DNA from: an uncultured Clostridia bacterium
Lineage (GTDB): Bacteria > Bacillota > Clostridia > TANB77 > CAG-508
DNA length: 64,000 nucleotides
Direction of reading: 5' to 3'
Assembly (NCBI GenBank): GCA_934120645.1
Contig: CAKOUO010000001.1
Location: forward strand, 67,273 to 131,272
Position numbers and translations under genes: made by a program. Shown piece after piece: positions 29,186 to 39,206 of the stretch (the first letter of the stretch is position 1; each line of letters opens with the position of its first letter). Below the pieces are notes generated by a model that worked only from the letters and a program-made list of their open reading frames with translations, ran no database searches and was not told the origin of the DNA.

Positions 29186-29186
29186 T
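29144..29186. repeat. Palindromic element copy 2 (extended to 43 nt)
   Basis: attaaatgtccttttggg-gacgttt-cccaaaaggacatttaat. The core is identical to 11884-11918. Confidence 0.9.
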
Positions 29187-29216
29187 TAACAAAAAGAGGA
29201 GCGAAGGGAGAAAAAT

Positions 29217-31499
29217 ATGATTAAGGTATTAAAAAATTTAAAAGAATCATGGATATCAGTAATTGCAATTGTATTACTATTAATTGCACAGGCTGCAGGA
29301 GATTTAACATTACCTGATTATACATCGAAAATAGTCAATGTAGGCATCCAAAATGGTGGAATTGAAAATGTTGCACCTGAGGTTATAAGAAAATCAGAAA
29401 TGGAAAATCTATTAATCTTTACAGATTATGATAATCAAATTTTATCTTCATATGAAGAGATATCAAGAGATAATTTAGATATTAAAGAATATGAAAAATT
29501 AGTAAAGAAATATCCAGCACTAGAAAATGAAACATTGTATAAAATAAAGAAATTAAGTAGTAGTGAACAAGAAAATTTAGATTCAATAATGGCTAAGCCA
29601 CTGATGATGTTAAGTTCTTTAGAAAATGAAGAAACTTCAGAACAAATGAAAGAACAATTATTAGAAGGTATGTCATCAAATATGCCAGCTCAACAAAAAT
29701 CAGTAATGCAAAATATGAGTTTGATGGAAATAATTAAACAAATGCCAAAAGAACAGTTAGATAAAATGTTACAGACAATAAACCAAAAAGTAGATAGCAT
29801 GCAAGAAAGTATATTGGAACAGGCAGCAATACAAGAAGTAAAAAGTGAATATAAAGCAATAGGAATCAATACAGATAATCTACAAAATAGATATATTATA
29901 ATAGCAGGATTAAAAATGCTAGGAATATCATTTATAATAATGATATCAGCTGTATCAATAATGTGTTTATCTGCAAGAGTTGCAGCAAAACTCGCTAAGA
30001 CATTAAGAGAAAAAGTATTTAAAAAAGTATTAAACTTTTCAAACAAAGAATTTTCAGAATTTAGTACAGCATCTTTAATAACACGTTCAACAAATGACAT
30101 TCAACAGATACAAGGATTAATAGCAATTTTGTTTAGAGTATTAGTATATGCACCAATTATAGGAGTTGGAGGATTTTTAAGAGTACTAAGACAGAGTGAT
30201 AATTCAATGGCATGGATTATTGGTGTTGCTATTTTAGCTATATTATTTGTAGTTGGAACATTATTTATTATAGCAATGCCAAGATTTAAAAAATTACAAC
30301 AATTAATAGATAAGTTAAACTTAGTAGCAAGAGAAATTTTAACAGGATTACCAGTAATTAGAGCATTTAATACAGAAAAGAAAGAAGAAAAGAGATTTGA
30401 TACAGCAAATATAAACTTAACAAAAACAAATCTTTTTGTTAATAGAGCAATGAGTTTTATGATGCCAATTTTAATGTTAATAATGAATGGAATTTCATTA
30501 TTAATAGTATGGGTAGGAGCACATGGAATAGATGCAGGAACAATGCAAGTTGGAAATATGATGGCATTTATTCAATATACAATGCAAATTGTAATGAGCT
30601 TCTTAATGATATCAATGGTTTCAATAATGTTACCAAGAGCATCTGTATCTGCAAATCGTATTAATGAAATATTAGAAACAGAAGAAGTAATAAAAGAAAG
30701 TAAAAAACCTAAAAAATTAGACCCAAGTAAAAAAGGTGTTGTTGAATTTAAAAATGTTTCATTTAGATATCCAGATAGTGATGAAGAAGTTTTAAATGAT
30801 ATAACATTTACAGCAAATCCTGGAGAAACAACAGCTATTATAGGAAGTACTGGAAGTGGTAAATCAACTGTAGTTAATTTAATACCAAGATTTTATGATG
30901 TAACATCAGGAAATCTTTTAATAGACGGAGTAGATATTAAAGATATATCTAATGAAGATTTAAGAAAAATTATAGGATTTGTTCCACAAAAAGGAATATT
31001 ATTTTCAGGAACAATAGAATCTAATATAAAATATGGAAATCCAAGTATGTCAGATGAACAAATGGTAGAAGCAGCACAAATAGCACAAGCAACAGAGTTT
31101 ATTGAGTCAAAACCAGATAAATATCAAGAACCAATTGCACAAGGCGGAAGTAATGTATCTGGGGGACAAAAACAAAGATTATCAATTGCAAGAGCTATAG
31201 CAATTGACCCAGAAATATTAGTATTTGACGATAGTTTTTCAGCATTAGACTTTAAGACAGATAGTACATTAAGAGCTGAACTTGCTAAAAAAACTCATGA
31301 TAAAACAGTAATTATAGTAGCACAAAGAATTAATACAATATTAAATGCAGACCAAATAATAGTATTAGAAGACGGAAAAGTTGTAGGAAAAGGAACACAT
31401 GAAGAGCTATTAAAAAATAATGAAACATATAGACAAATAGCATTATCACAACTTTCTGAAGAAGAATTAAATATAGAAGGAGGTAAAGAACATGAGTAA
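29217..31499 (+). CDS. ABC exporter half-transporter (TMD-NBD), degenerate-site subunit, with a ~190-aa extracytoplasmic insert between TM1 and TM2
   Basis: Walker A GSTGSGKST. Signature VSGGQKQR. Walker B LVFDDSFSALD, with D replacing the catalytic E. Confidence 0.88.
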   Translation: MIKVLKNLKESWISVIAIVLLLIAQAAGDLTLPDYTSKIVNVGIQNGGIENVAPEVIRKSEMENLLIFTDYDNQILSSYEEISRDNLDIKEYEKLVKKYPALENETLYKIKKLSSSEQENLDSIMAKPLMMLSSLENEETSEQMKEQLLEGMSSNMPAQQKSVMQNMSLMEIIKQMPKEQLDKMLQTINQKVDSMQESILEQAAIQEVKSEYKAIGINTDNLQNRYIIIAGLKMLGISFIIMISAVSIMCLSARVAAKLAKTLREKVFKKVLNFSNKEFSEFSTASLITRSTNDIQQIQGLIAILFRVLVYAPIIGVGGFLRVLRQSDNSMAWIIGVAILAILFVVGTLFIIAMPRFKKLQQLIDKLNLVAREILTGLPVIRAFNTEKKEEKRFDTANINLTKTNLFVNRAMSFMMPILMLIMNGISLLIVWVGAHGIDAGTMQVGNMMAFIQYTMQIVMSFLMISMVSIMLPRASVSANRINEILETEEVIKESKKPKKLDPSKKGVVEFKNVSFRYPDSDEEVLNDITFTANPGETTAIIGSTGSGKSTVVNLIPRFYDVTSGNLLIDGVDIKDISNEDLRKIIGFVPQKGILFSGTIESNIKYGNPSMSDEQMVEAAQIAQATEFIESKPDKYQEPIAQGGSNVSGGQKQRLSIARAIAIDPEILVFDDSFSALDFKTDSTLRAELAKKTHDKTVIIVAQRINTILNADQIIVLEDGKVVGKGTHEELLKNNETYRQIALSQLSEEELNIEGGKEHE

Positions 31500-33375
31500 T
31501 AAAGAACAAATAGAGAATAAACCTCCAAAAATGAAGGGACATGGACCAATGGGGGGACCACATGGTGGAATGGGCCCAGCAGAAAAAGCAAAAGATGTAA
31601 AAGGAACAACTAAAAAATTAGCAAAAAGACTTTCAAACTATAAAATAGCAATTATTATAGTTATTATATTTGCAATAGGAAGTACAATATTTAGTATAGT
31701 AGGACCAAAGATATTAGGAAATGCAACAACAGAAATATATACAGGATTAATGAACAAAATAAATAGAACTGGTGGAATTGATTTTACTAAAATAGGGAAA
31801 ATAATTTTATTTGCTTTGGGATTATATGCAGTAAGTACATTATTCTCAATGATACAAAGCTATATTATGGCAGGAGTTGCACAAAAAGTAACATATAAAA
31901 TTAGAAATGAGCTAACAGAAAAAATAAATAAACTTCCAATGAAATATTTTGACAAAAAAACAAATGGAGAAGTTCTATCAATAATTACAAATGATGTTGA
32001 TACATTAAGTATAGGATTAAATCAAAGTATTACACAAATTATAACATCTATATGCACGATTATAGGAATATTAGTAATGATGTTCTCAATAAGTTGGGAA
32101 ATGACAGTTGTAAGTTTATTAATATTACCAATATCAGCAGGAATATTAAAAAAAGTAATAGGAAAATCACAAAAATATTTCTTAAAACAACAAGAGTACT
32201 TAGGACATGTAAATGGTCAAGTAGAAGAAGTTTATGGTGGACACAATATAGTTAAAGTTTTTGGAAGAGAAAAACAAGCAATAAAAGAATTTGAAAACGA
32301 AAATGAAGAATTGTATAAATCTGGATGGCGTTCACAATTCTTATCAGGATTGATGTATCCATTAATGAATTTTGTTGGAAATGTTGGATATGTTGCAGTA
32401 GCAATTTTAGGAGGATATTTTGCAGTAAAAGGTAGAATAACAGTAGGTAATATTCAAAGCTTTATACAATATAATAAACAATTTACACAAACAATAGGTC
32501 AAGTGGCCCAAATATCAAGTGCTATACAATCAATGATTGCAGCAGCTGAGAGAATATTTGAATTCTTGGAAGAAACAGAAGAAGTTGAAGATGTAAAAAA
32601 ACCAGTATCAACATATGGATTAAAAGGAAATATTCAATTTAAACACGTACATTTTGGATATGATCCAGAAAAGACAATAATAAATGATTTTAATGCTAAT
32701 GTTAAGGATGGACAAAAAATAGCAATTGTAGGACCTACAGGGGCTGGAAAAACAACAATGGTAAAATTGTTGATGAGATTTTATGATGTAAATAGTGGAG
32801 AAATTTTATTAGACGGTCATAATATAAAAGAATTTAAACGTGGTGACCTTAGAAAAATGTTTGGAATGGTACTTCAAGATACATGGCTATTTGGAGGAAC
32901 TATAAAAGAAAATATTAAATATAGTAAACCAGATGCAACAGATTCAGATGTAATTCAAGCAGCAAAAGCAGCACATATACATCATTATATAAAAACATTA
33001 TCAAAAGGTTATGAAGCAAAAATCAATGAGGAATCAACAAATATATCAGCAGGACAAAAACAATTGTTAACAATTGCCAGAGTTATACTTGCAAATCCTA
33101 AAATATTAATTTTAGATGAAGCAACAAGTTCAATTGATACTAGAACTGAACAACAAATTCAAGCTGCTATGGATAATTTAATGGAAGGTAGAACAAGTTT
33201 TATTATTGCACATAGATTATCTACAATTAAGAATGCAGACTTAATTTTGGTTATGGACCACGGTGATATTGTAGAACAAGGAACACATGAAGAATTACTT
33301 GCAAAAGGAGAAAATGGATTTTATTATAAATTATATAATTCACAATTTGAAGATTGTAATGACGAAGTAGAATAA
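31492..33375 (+). CDS. ABC exporter half-transporter (TMD-NBD), consensus-site subunit
   Basis: Overlaps the upstream gene by 8 nt. Walker A GPTGAGKTT. Walker B LILDEATSSID. Non-canonical signature ISAGQKQL. G/P/M-rich N-terminus. Confidence 0.88.
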   Translation: MSNKEQIENKPPKMKGHGPMGGPHGGMGPAEKAKDVKGTTKKLAKRLSNYKIAIIIVIIFAIGSTIFSIVGPKILGNATTEIYTGLMNKINRTGGIDFTKIGKIILFALGLYAVSTLFSMIQSYIMAGVAQKVTYKIRNELTEKINKLPMKYFDKKTNGEVLSIITNDVDTLSIGLNQSITQIITSICTIIGILVMMFSISWEMTVVSLLILPISAGILKKVIGKSQKYFLKQQEYLGHVNGQVEEVYGGHNIVKVFGREKQAIKEFENENEELYKSGWRSQFLSGLMYPLMNFVGNVGYVAVAILGGYFAVKGRITVGNIQSFIQYNKQFTQTIGQVAQISSAIQSMIAAAERIFEFLEETEEVEDVKKPVSTYGLKGNIQFKHVHFGYDPEKTIINDFNANVKDGQKIAIVGPTGAGKTTMVKLLMRFYDVNSGEILLDGHNIKEFKRGDLRKMFGMVLQDTWLFGGTIKENIKYSKPDATDSDVIQAAKAAHIHHYIKTLSKGYEAKINEESTNISAGQKQLLTIARVILANPKILILDEATSSIDTRTEQQIQAAMDNLMEGRTSFIIAHRLSTIKNADLILVMDHGDIVEQGTHEELLAKGENGFYYKLYNSQFEDCNDEVE

Positions 33376-33454
33376 AAAAAATATTAATATAGACACCAAT
33401 TAGGCAAATATAAAAATGCCAAAATGGTGTCTATATTAGTTTTACTGCTTTTTA

Positions 33455-33616
33455 TTATTCATGATATTCATAACTAGAGCACATTGATTCATCTGGATTT
33501 TTAGTATCACAGTCTTTTATTGGTGAAACTTGAATTTCAGCTAATTCACAACGATTTTCTAAATTGTTGTACTTACAACTTGTAACACTACAACATATTT
33601 TTTGATTCTTATCCAT
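33455..33616 (-). CDS. DUF1540-like small cysteine-rich protein (53 aa, absent from the ORF track)
   Basis: MDKNQKICCSVTSCKYNNLENRCELAEIQVSPIKDCDTKNPDESMCSSYEYHE*. SD GGAGG 8 nt upstream. Hairpin terminator downstream. Confidence 0.6.
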   Translation of the reverse strand: MDKNQKICCSVTSCKYNNLENRCELAEIQVSPIKDCDTKNPDESMCSSYEYHE

Positions 33617-33751
33617 AATAAAAAACCTCCAATAAAAATAGAACGAATTTAATTTTAAATTCTGTATTATTATGTCTAAAATTAAAAAAAATATACAAAG
33701 TATAGAAATTTATAATTTAATATGATAATATTGGATTTAAAGGAGAATAAG

Positions 33752-34420
33752 ATGAAAAAAATAATAAAAAAACCGTTAAAAATAATATTTTTTGTAATCC
33801 TCGTAATAATAATATTAACAATAGGAATAAATTTGATAATTTATTTTTCGACTAAAAATAGCATAATAACTGATAAATCAGAAAAATTAGAAAATATAGA
33901 TTGCATTTTAATATTAGGCGCTGGAATATGGAATAATCAGCCGAGTCCAATGCTAGAAGATAGATTATTAGAAGGAATATCTTTATATAAAAAAGGAATA
34001 TCTTCTAAGATAATAATGAGTGGAGATCATGGAAAAGTCGATTATGATGAAGTAAATATAATGAAAAAATTTGCAATTGAAAAAGGTGTAAATTCAGAAG
34101 ATATATTTATGGACCATGCAGGATTTTCAACTTATGAAAGTATATATAGAACACAAAAAATTTTTCAAGTGAAAAAAATAGTAATAGTAACGCAACAATA
34201 TCATTTATATAGAGCTTTATATATAGCAAAACAATTTGGAATAGAAGCATATGGAGTAGCTTCAAATCCACGTGAATATGCAAGACAATCAATAAGAGAA
34301 GTACGAGAATGGATAGCAAGAGATAAAGATTTTATAAAATGTATATATAAACCAACACCAACATATCTAGGAGATACAATACCAGTAAGTGGAAATGGAG
34401 ATGTTACAAACGACAAATAA
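33752..34420 (+). CDS. SanA/YdcF (DUF218) family membrane protein
   Basis: N-terminal TM, ILILGAGIW...PSPMLEDRL and IMSGDHG...EVNIMKKFAIEKGV. The ATG at 33752 follows AAAGGAG. Confidence 0.75.
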   Translation: MKKIIKKPLKIIFFVILVIIILTIGINLIIYFSTKNSIITDKSEKLENIDCILILGAGIWNNQPSPMLEDRLLEGISLYKKGISSKIIMSGDHGKVDYDEVNIMKKFAIEKGVNSEDIFMDHAGFSTYESIYRTQKIFQVKKIVIVTQQYHLYRALYIAKQFGIEAYGVASNPREYARQSIREVREWIARDKDFIKCIYKPTPTYLGDTIPVSGNGDVTNDK

Positions 34421-34532
34421 AAATCAATTATTTAAAGAAATTGACAAATTAAGACTAAATAATTGAAAAATTTTATTTTTTTTGGTATTATATATAACAG
34501 TGAAAAATAAAAAATAAAAATGGGGAGAAAAA

Positions 34533-35381
34533 ATGATAAATTTACTTTTATGTGGAAATAGTAAAGTATTTGATGGTGCACTTACAGAATTAATATCAAT
34601 TACTAACAAAACACAAGAAACTGTAAAATGTTATATTTTCACAATGGATGTTTCAAGAATAAAACCAGATTATACTTGTATAACAGATGAACAAATAAAT
34701 TTTTTAGACAAAGTAGTCAAATCAAAAAAATCAGATAATGAAGTAATAAAAATAGATGTTACTAATTTATATGAAGATGAATTTGGTAATTGTGCTAATG
34801 AAAATGCATATTGTACGCCATATACTTTATTAAGATTATTAGCCGATTTGGTACCTGGAATTCCAGACAAATTGTTATATTTAGATATTGATATGATGGC
34901 AAATGGTGATATATCAGAATTATATAATATAGATATTACAGACTATGAATATGCAGCTGTAAAGGAAAAGTACGGAAGTAAGATAATAAGAAAAGACTAT
35001 ATTAATGCAGGAATGTTATTACTAAATATGAAAAAAATAAAAGAAACTAAACTTTTAGAAAAAGCAAGGAATTTAATAAAAACAAGAAAGTTATTGTTTG
35101 CAGACCAAGATGCTATTTATTGGACAACAACTAAAAAATTATTAATTCCAAGAATATATAATGAACAATCAAAGTTTAATAAAGAGGATACTATAATTTG
35201 TCATTTTTGTAAAAGACTATTGCTTTTACCTTATCCACATACAGAAAATTATAAACAATGGCAAGTTGAAGAAATTCATAAATACTTAAAATGCTATTCT
35301 TTTGATAATGATTTAAATGAATATCTAAAATTAAAAGAAGAATATAATCTAGAAAATAAAAGAGAAACAATTAGGAATTGA
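34533..35381 (+). CDS. Glycosyltransferase family 8
   Basis: YLDIDMMANGD (DxD) and NAGMLLLNMKK. Confidence 0.75.
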   Translation: MINLLLCGNSKVFDGALTELISITNKTQETVKCYIFTMDVSRIKPDYTCITDEQINFLDKVVKSKKSDNEVIKIDVTNLYEDEFGNCANENAYCTPYTLLRLLADLVPGIPDKLLYLDIDMMANGDISELYNIDITDYEYAAVKEKYGSKIIRKDYINAGMLLLNMKKIKETKLLEKARNLIKTRKLLFADQDAIYWTTTKKLLIPRIYNEQSKFNKEDTIICHFCKRLLLLPYPHTENYKQWQVEEIHKYLKCYSFDNDLNEYLKLKEEYNLENKRETIRN

Positions 35382-35396
35382 AAGGGGAAAAATAAA

Positions 35397-36326
35397 ATGG
35401 AAAAAAATTTAGAAACAATACCAGTATTTTTTGCTGTTGATGATGGATATATACCATTTTTAGCAGTAGCACTAAAATCATTAATAGAAAACTCATCAGA
35501 AAAAAACAAATATGAAATAAAGGTTTTATATACAAATGTATCAAAAGAAAATATGGAAAAAATAAAAAAATATGAGAAAGAAAATATAGATATAGAATTT
35601 GTAAATTTAAATAACCAATTAGAAGAAATAAAAAATAAACTTTATACACGTAACTATTTTTCTAATACAACATATTTTAGATTATTCATACCTGAGCTTT
35701 ATCCTCAATATGATAAAGCAATATACTTAGATAGCGATACAGCAATTTTAGCAGATGTTGCTGACTTATATAATCAGGATTTGGGAGATAATTTAATAGC
35801 AGGAATACCAGATGGGGTTATTCAAACAATAGAAATATTCCAAGACTATGTAGAAAAAGTAGTTGGTGTTAGCGATTATAATAATTATTTTAATGCAGGA
35901 ATTATTGTAATGAACCTTAAAGAATTAAGAGAATATAAATTTCAAGAAAAATTCTTATATTTATTAGAAAAAATTAGATTCGAAGTAGCACAAGATCAAG
36001 ATTATTTAAATAGATTGTGCAAAGGAAGAGTAAAAATATTAGACTCAGCTTGGAACACAATGCCTGTTATGGGAAAGAAAGATGGAGATATAAAAATAAT
36101 CCATTATAATCTAGGAGCTAAACCATGGTATTTTGATGATGTTCTATATCAAGAATATTTCTGGAAATATGCAGAAAAAACAGAATTTTATGATGTAATA
36201 AAAGGATTTAAAAGCAAATATACAGAAGAAGACAAAGAAAGAGATGATGCTAGTAGTGCAAAACTTATAGCACTAGCAAAAAAAGAATCAGATTGCGTAG
36301 GCGATGATAGAATAAATAGGAGATAG
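35397..36326 (+). CDS. Glycosyltransferase family 8
   Basis: IPVFFAVDDGYIP, YLDSDTAIL (DxD), FNAGIIVMNLKELR and QDQDYLN. Confidence 0.8.
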   Translation: MEKNLETIPVFFAVDDGYIPFLAVALKSLIENSSEKNKYEIKVLYTNVSKENMEKIKKYEKENIDIEFVNLNNQLEEIKNKLYTRNYFSNTTYFRLFIPELYPQYDKAIYLDSDTAILADVADLYNQDLGDNLIAGIPDGVIQTIEIFQDYVEKVVGVSDYNNYFNAGIIVMNLKELREYKFQEKFLYLLEKIRFEVAQDQDYLNRLCKGRVKILDSAWNTMPVMGKKDGDIKIIHYNLGAKPWYFDDVLYQEYFWKYAEKTEFYDVIKGFKSKYTEEDKERDDASSAKLIALAKKESDCVGDDRINRR

Positions 36327-36330
36327 TTTT

Positions 36331-37254
36331 ATGAATGCAAGAAAAATACTAACAATTTCTAAAAGAGGAAAACAAGAAAAAGTAGTAGAAAAGTCACAAT
36401 ACAGAGAAGAAGTATTAGAAAAAATAAAAATGCTAGAAAAAGAAGGAAAATTTGATGTGGATGCTGAAAACGATCCTCCTACAATAGTTTTAACTCCTGA
36501 AAATATAGATTATTTAAGAAATAAAATGACAAGTAAAATAAAAAGAGTATTTGCAAATGAAGTTGGTGAAAGATTTTTAGATAGTCTACTAAAAAATAAT
36601 AAATTGATTATAAAAGAAATAAATGGAATAGAAAATTTAAATAAAGTTTCAACAGGGGCAATAGTAACATGCAATCATTTTAATCCTTTTGACTGCTTTG
36701 CAATTGAAAAGGTTTTTAGAATGTCTGGAAAAATAGAAGAAAAAAGATTATATAAAGTAATAAGAGAAGGAAATTATACTAATTTTTCAGGACTTTATGG
36801 ATTTTTCTTTAGAAACTGTGATACATTACCATTAAGTTCAAATAAAAGAACAATGGTAAAATTTATGAAAGCAGTTGATACATTATTAAACAAGGGAGAT
36901 TTTATATTAATTTATCCAGAACAAAGTATGTGGTGGAATTATAGGAAACCAAAGCCTTTAAAAAATGGAGCATTTAAAATAGCAGCAAGAAACAATGTAC
37001 CTGTTATACCAATATTTATAACAATGCAAGATAGTGAAATAATAGGAGAAGATGGGTACCCAGTTCAAGAATATATAATAAATATTAAAGAACCAATTTA
37101 TCCAAATAAGGAATTATCTGAAAAAGAAAATACAGATATTATGAGAGATAAAAATTTTGAGGTATGGAAAGAAATATATGAGGAATTTTATAAAATACCA
37201 TTAGAATATACTACAATAAAAAAGGAAGAAGATAAGGATAGTATAAATGAGTAA
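36331..37254 (+). CDS. PlsC-family (lysophospholipid) acyltransferase
   Basis: HxxxxD motif NHFNPFD, then ILIYPEQSMWW and a VPVIPIF block. Confidence 0.7.
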   Translation: MNARKILTISKRGKQEKVVEKSQYREEVLEKIKMLEKEGKFDVDAENDPPTIVLTPENIDYLRNKMTSKIKRVFANEVGERFLDSLLKNNKLIIKEINGIENLNKVSTGAIVTCNHFNPFDCFAIEKVFRMSGKIEEKRLYKVIREGNYTNFSGLYGFFFRNCDTLPLSSNKRTMVKFMKAVDTLLNKGDFILIYPEQSMWWNYRKPKPLKNGAFKIAARNNVPVIPIFITMQDSEIIGEDGYPVQEYIINIKEPIYPNKELSEKENTDIMRDKNFEVWKEIYEEFYKIPLEYTTIKKEEDKDSINE

Positions 37255-38059
37255 TAATAAAAAAACAATCTATTATAGTGATGAATTAAATGAAGAATTT
37301 TCAACTGCTAAGATAATACCAAGAAAAATAGATGAAAACTATAAATATATTCACAAAAATCCTTTTTGGAATTTTGCATCATTAATAGCACAAAATATAT
37401 TAAGTATGCCTATAAAAATGCTGTATTCTAAAATAAAATTTAGAATACAATATATTGGAAAAGAAAAAATAAAACCATTTAAAAATCAAGGATATTTTAT
37501 ATATGCAAATCATACTCAACCATTTGCTGATACATTTATACCAAGTATACCAATATATCCAAAAAGAAATTTTTTTATTGTGAATCCTGAAAATGTATCA
37601 ATGAAAGGTTTTGAAACACTTGTTGAAATGTTAGGGGCATTGCCTATACCTAGCAATAAGGGAGCAATGAAAAAATTTTTGGAAGTAATTAGGCAAAAAA
37701 TAGAAAAAAAATATTCTATAACAATATATCCGGAAGCTCATATATGGCCATATTATACAAAAATTAGACCATTTAAAAATGTATCTTTTAAATATCCTAT
37801 TCAGCTAAATGTACCATCTTTTTGTATTACAAATACATACCAAAGTTATGGAAAGAATAGTGATAAAGTAAAAATAGTTACATATATAGATGGGCCATTT
37901 TTTGCGGATGAAAATTTAACAAGTCCAAAGGAAAAGCAACAAAATTTAAGAGATAAAATTTATAATTGTATGACAGATAGAAGTAAAAATAGTAATATTG
38001 AAGTTATAAAATATATAAAGAAAGATAACGAAAATATTAATAATGGAAGTGAAAAATGA
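37247..38059 (+). CDS. Acyltransferase-like protein (PlsC-related, atypical H-x5-D)
   Basis: ANHTQPFAD and TIYPEAHIWPY. Overlaps the upstream gene by 8 nt and the downstream gene by 4 nt. Confidence 0.55.
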   Translation: MSNNKKTIYYSDELNEEFSTAKIIPRKIDENYKYIHKNPFWNFASLIAQNILSMPIKMLYSKIKFRIQYIGKEKIKPFKNQGYFIYANHTQPFADTFIPSIPIYPKRNFFIVNPENVSMKGFETLVEMLGALPIPSNKGAMKKFLEVIRQKIEKKYSITIYPEAHIWPYYTKIRPFKNVSFKYPIQLNVPSFCITNTYQSYGKNSDKVKIVTYIDGPFFADENLTSPKEKQQNLRDKIYNCMTDRSKNSNIEVIKYIKKDNENINNGSEK

Positions 38060-39096
38060 ATAATAAGAAGAAAATATTTAGAAATTTAATTATTTTTATT
38101 TTACTAATAACATTTACATTTTATATAATTCTTAAGGACCAAAATATATTAGATATTTTAAGTATATTAGTAAATGTAAAAATTCAATATGTGTTTATTG
38201 CTATATTGTGTATGTGCCTTTACTTTGTAGGGGAAACAATTAATATAGGAAGAACTTTAAAAATTTTAAATGAAAAATCTAGTTTTTGGCGAAATGTAAA
38301 ATATACACTAATAGGATTTTTCTTTAGTTCTATAACACCTGCAGCAAGTGGGGGGCAACCTATGGAAATATATTATATGCATAAAGATAAAATTTCAGTT
38401 GCAAATTCAACATTAGCGCTTTTAATAAACCTTTGCAGTTTTCAAATTATAACAATATCTTTTGCATTAATTAGCATTATTTTTAATTTTAATTTATTAA
38501 ATCAAAGCTTGATGTGGTTCTTTGTGTTAGGAATTACATTAAACTCAATGGCATTAGCATTATTATTAATTGGTATTTTTTCAAAAAAATTGTCTGAAGC
38601 ATTAATAAAATTTGCTATAAAGATTTTAAAATTTTTTAAATATAGAAAAGTTGAAAAAGTACAAGAAAAATTAGAAAATGAAGTGAAACAATATCAAGGT
38701 AGTGCAAGTTATATTAAAAGTAATAAAGAGGTAATTGTAAAAACATTAATTACAACATTAGTTCAAGTGTTAATATATTATAGTATACCATACTGGGTTT
38801 ATTTAGCATTTGGGTTATCTGAAAGTAATATTTTCCGAATTATAACAATGCAAGCTGTTTTATATGCAACAGTTTCTGGAATACCATTACCAGGAGCAGT
38901 AGGAATAACAGAAGGAGGATTTATGTCAATATTTAAACCAATATTTGCTGCTGGCATAATTAGTAGTGCAATGTTATTAACAAGAGGGGTTAACTTTTAT
39001 TTATTTGTAATAATAAGTACTATTATAGTAATAATAAGTACACTAAAAGTAAAAAAGACAGAAAAAACAGAAAAAGAAGATATGATTGAAGAATAA
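38056..39096 (+). CDS. Flippase-like / MprF-TM-like (UPF0104) multi-pass membrane protein
   Basis: About eight TM segments. ITPAASGGQPMEIYYM motif typical of the lysyl-PG synthase TM-domain family. Confidence 0.65.
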   Translation: MNNKKKIFRNLIIFILLITFTFYIILKDQNILDILSILVNVKIQYVFIAILCMCLYFVGETINIGRTLKILNEKSSFWRNVKYTLIGFFFSSITPAASGGQPMEIYYMHKDKISVANSTLALLINLCSFQIITISFALISIIFNFNLLNQSLMWFFVLGITLNSMALALLLIGIFSKKLSEALIKFAIKILKFFKYRKVEKVQEKLENEVKQYQGSASYIKSNKEVIVKTLITTLVQVLIYYSIPYWVYLAFGLSESNIFRIITMQAVLYATVSGIPLPGAVGITEGGFMSIFKPIFAAGIISSAMLLTRGVNFYLFVIISTIIVIISTLKVKKTEKTEKEDMIEE

Positions 39097-39206
39097 AACT
39101 TTAATCATATCTTCTTTTTAATTTGCATTTTAAAACAAAAAACATATTTACTTTTAGTTAATATATGAAAAAATTATATCCCCCAGTTATACTGAGGGAT
39201 AATTAG

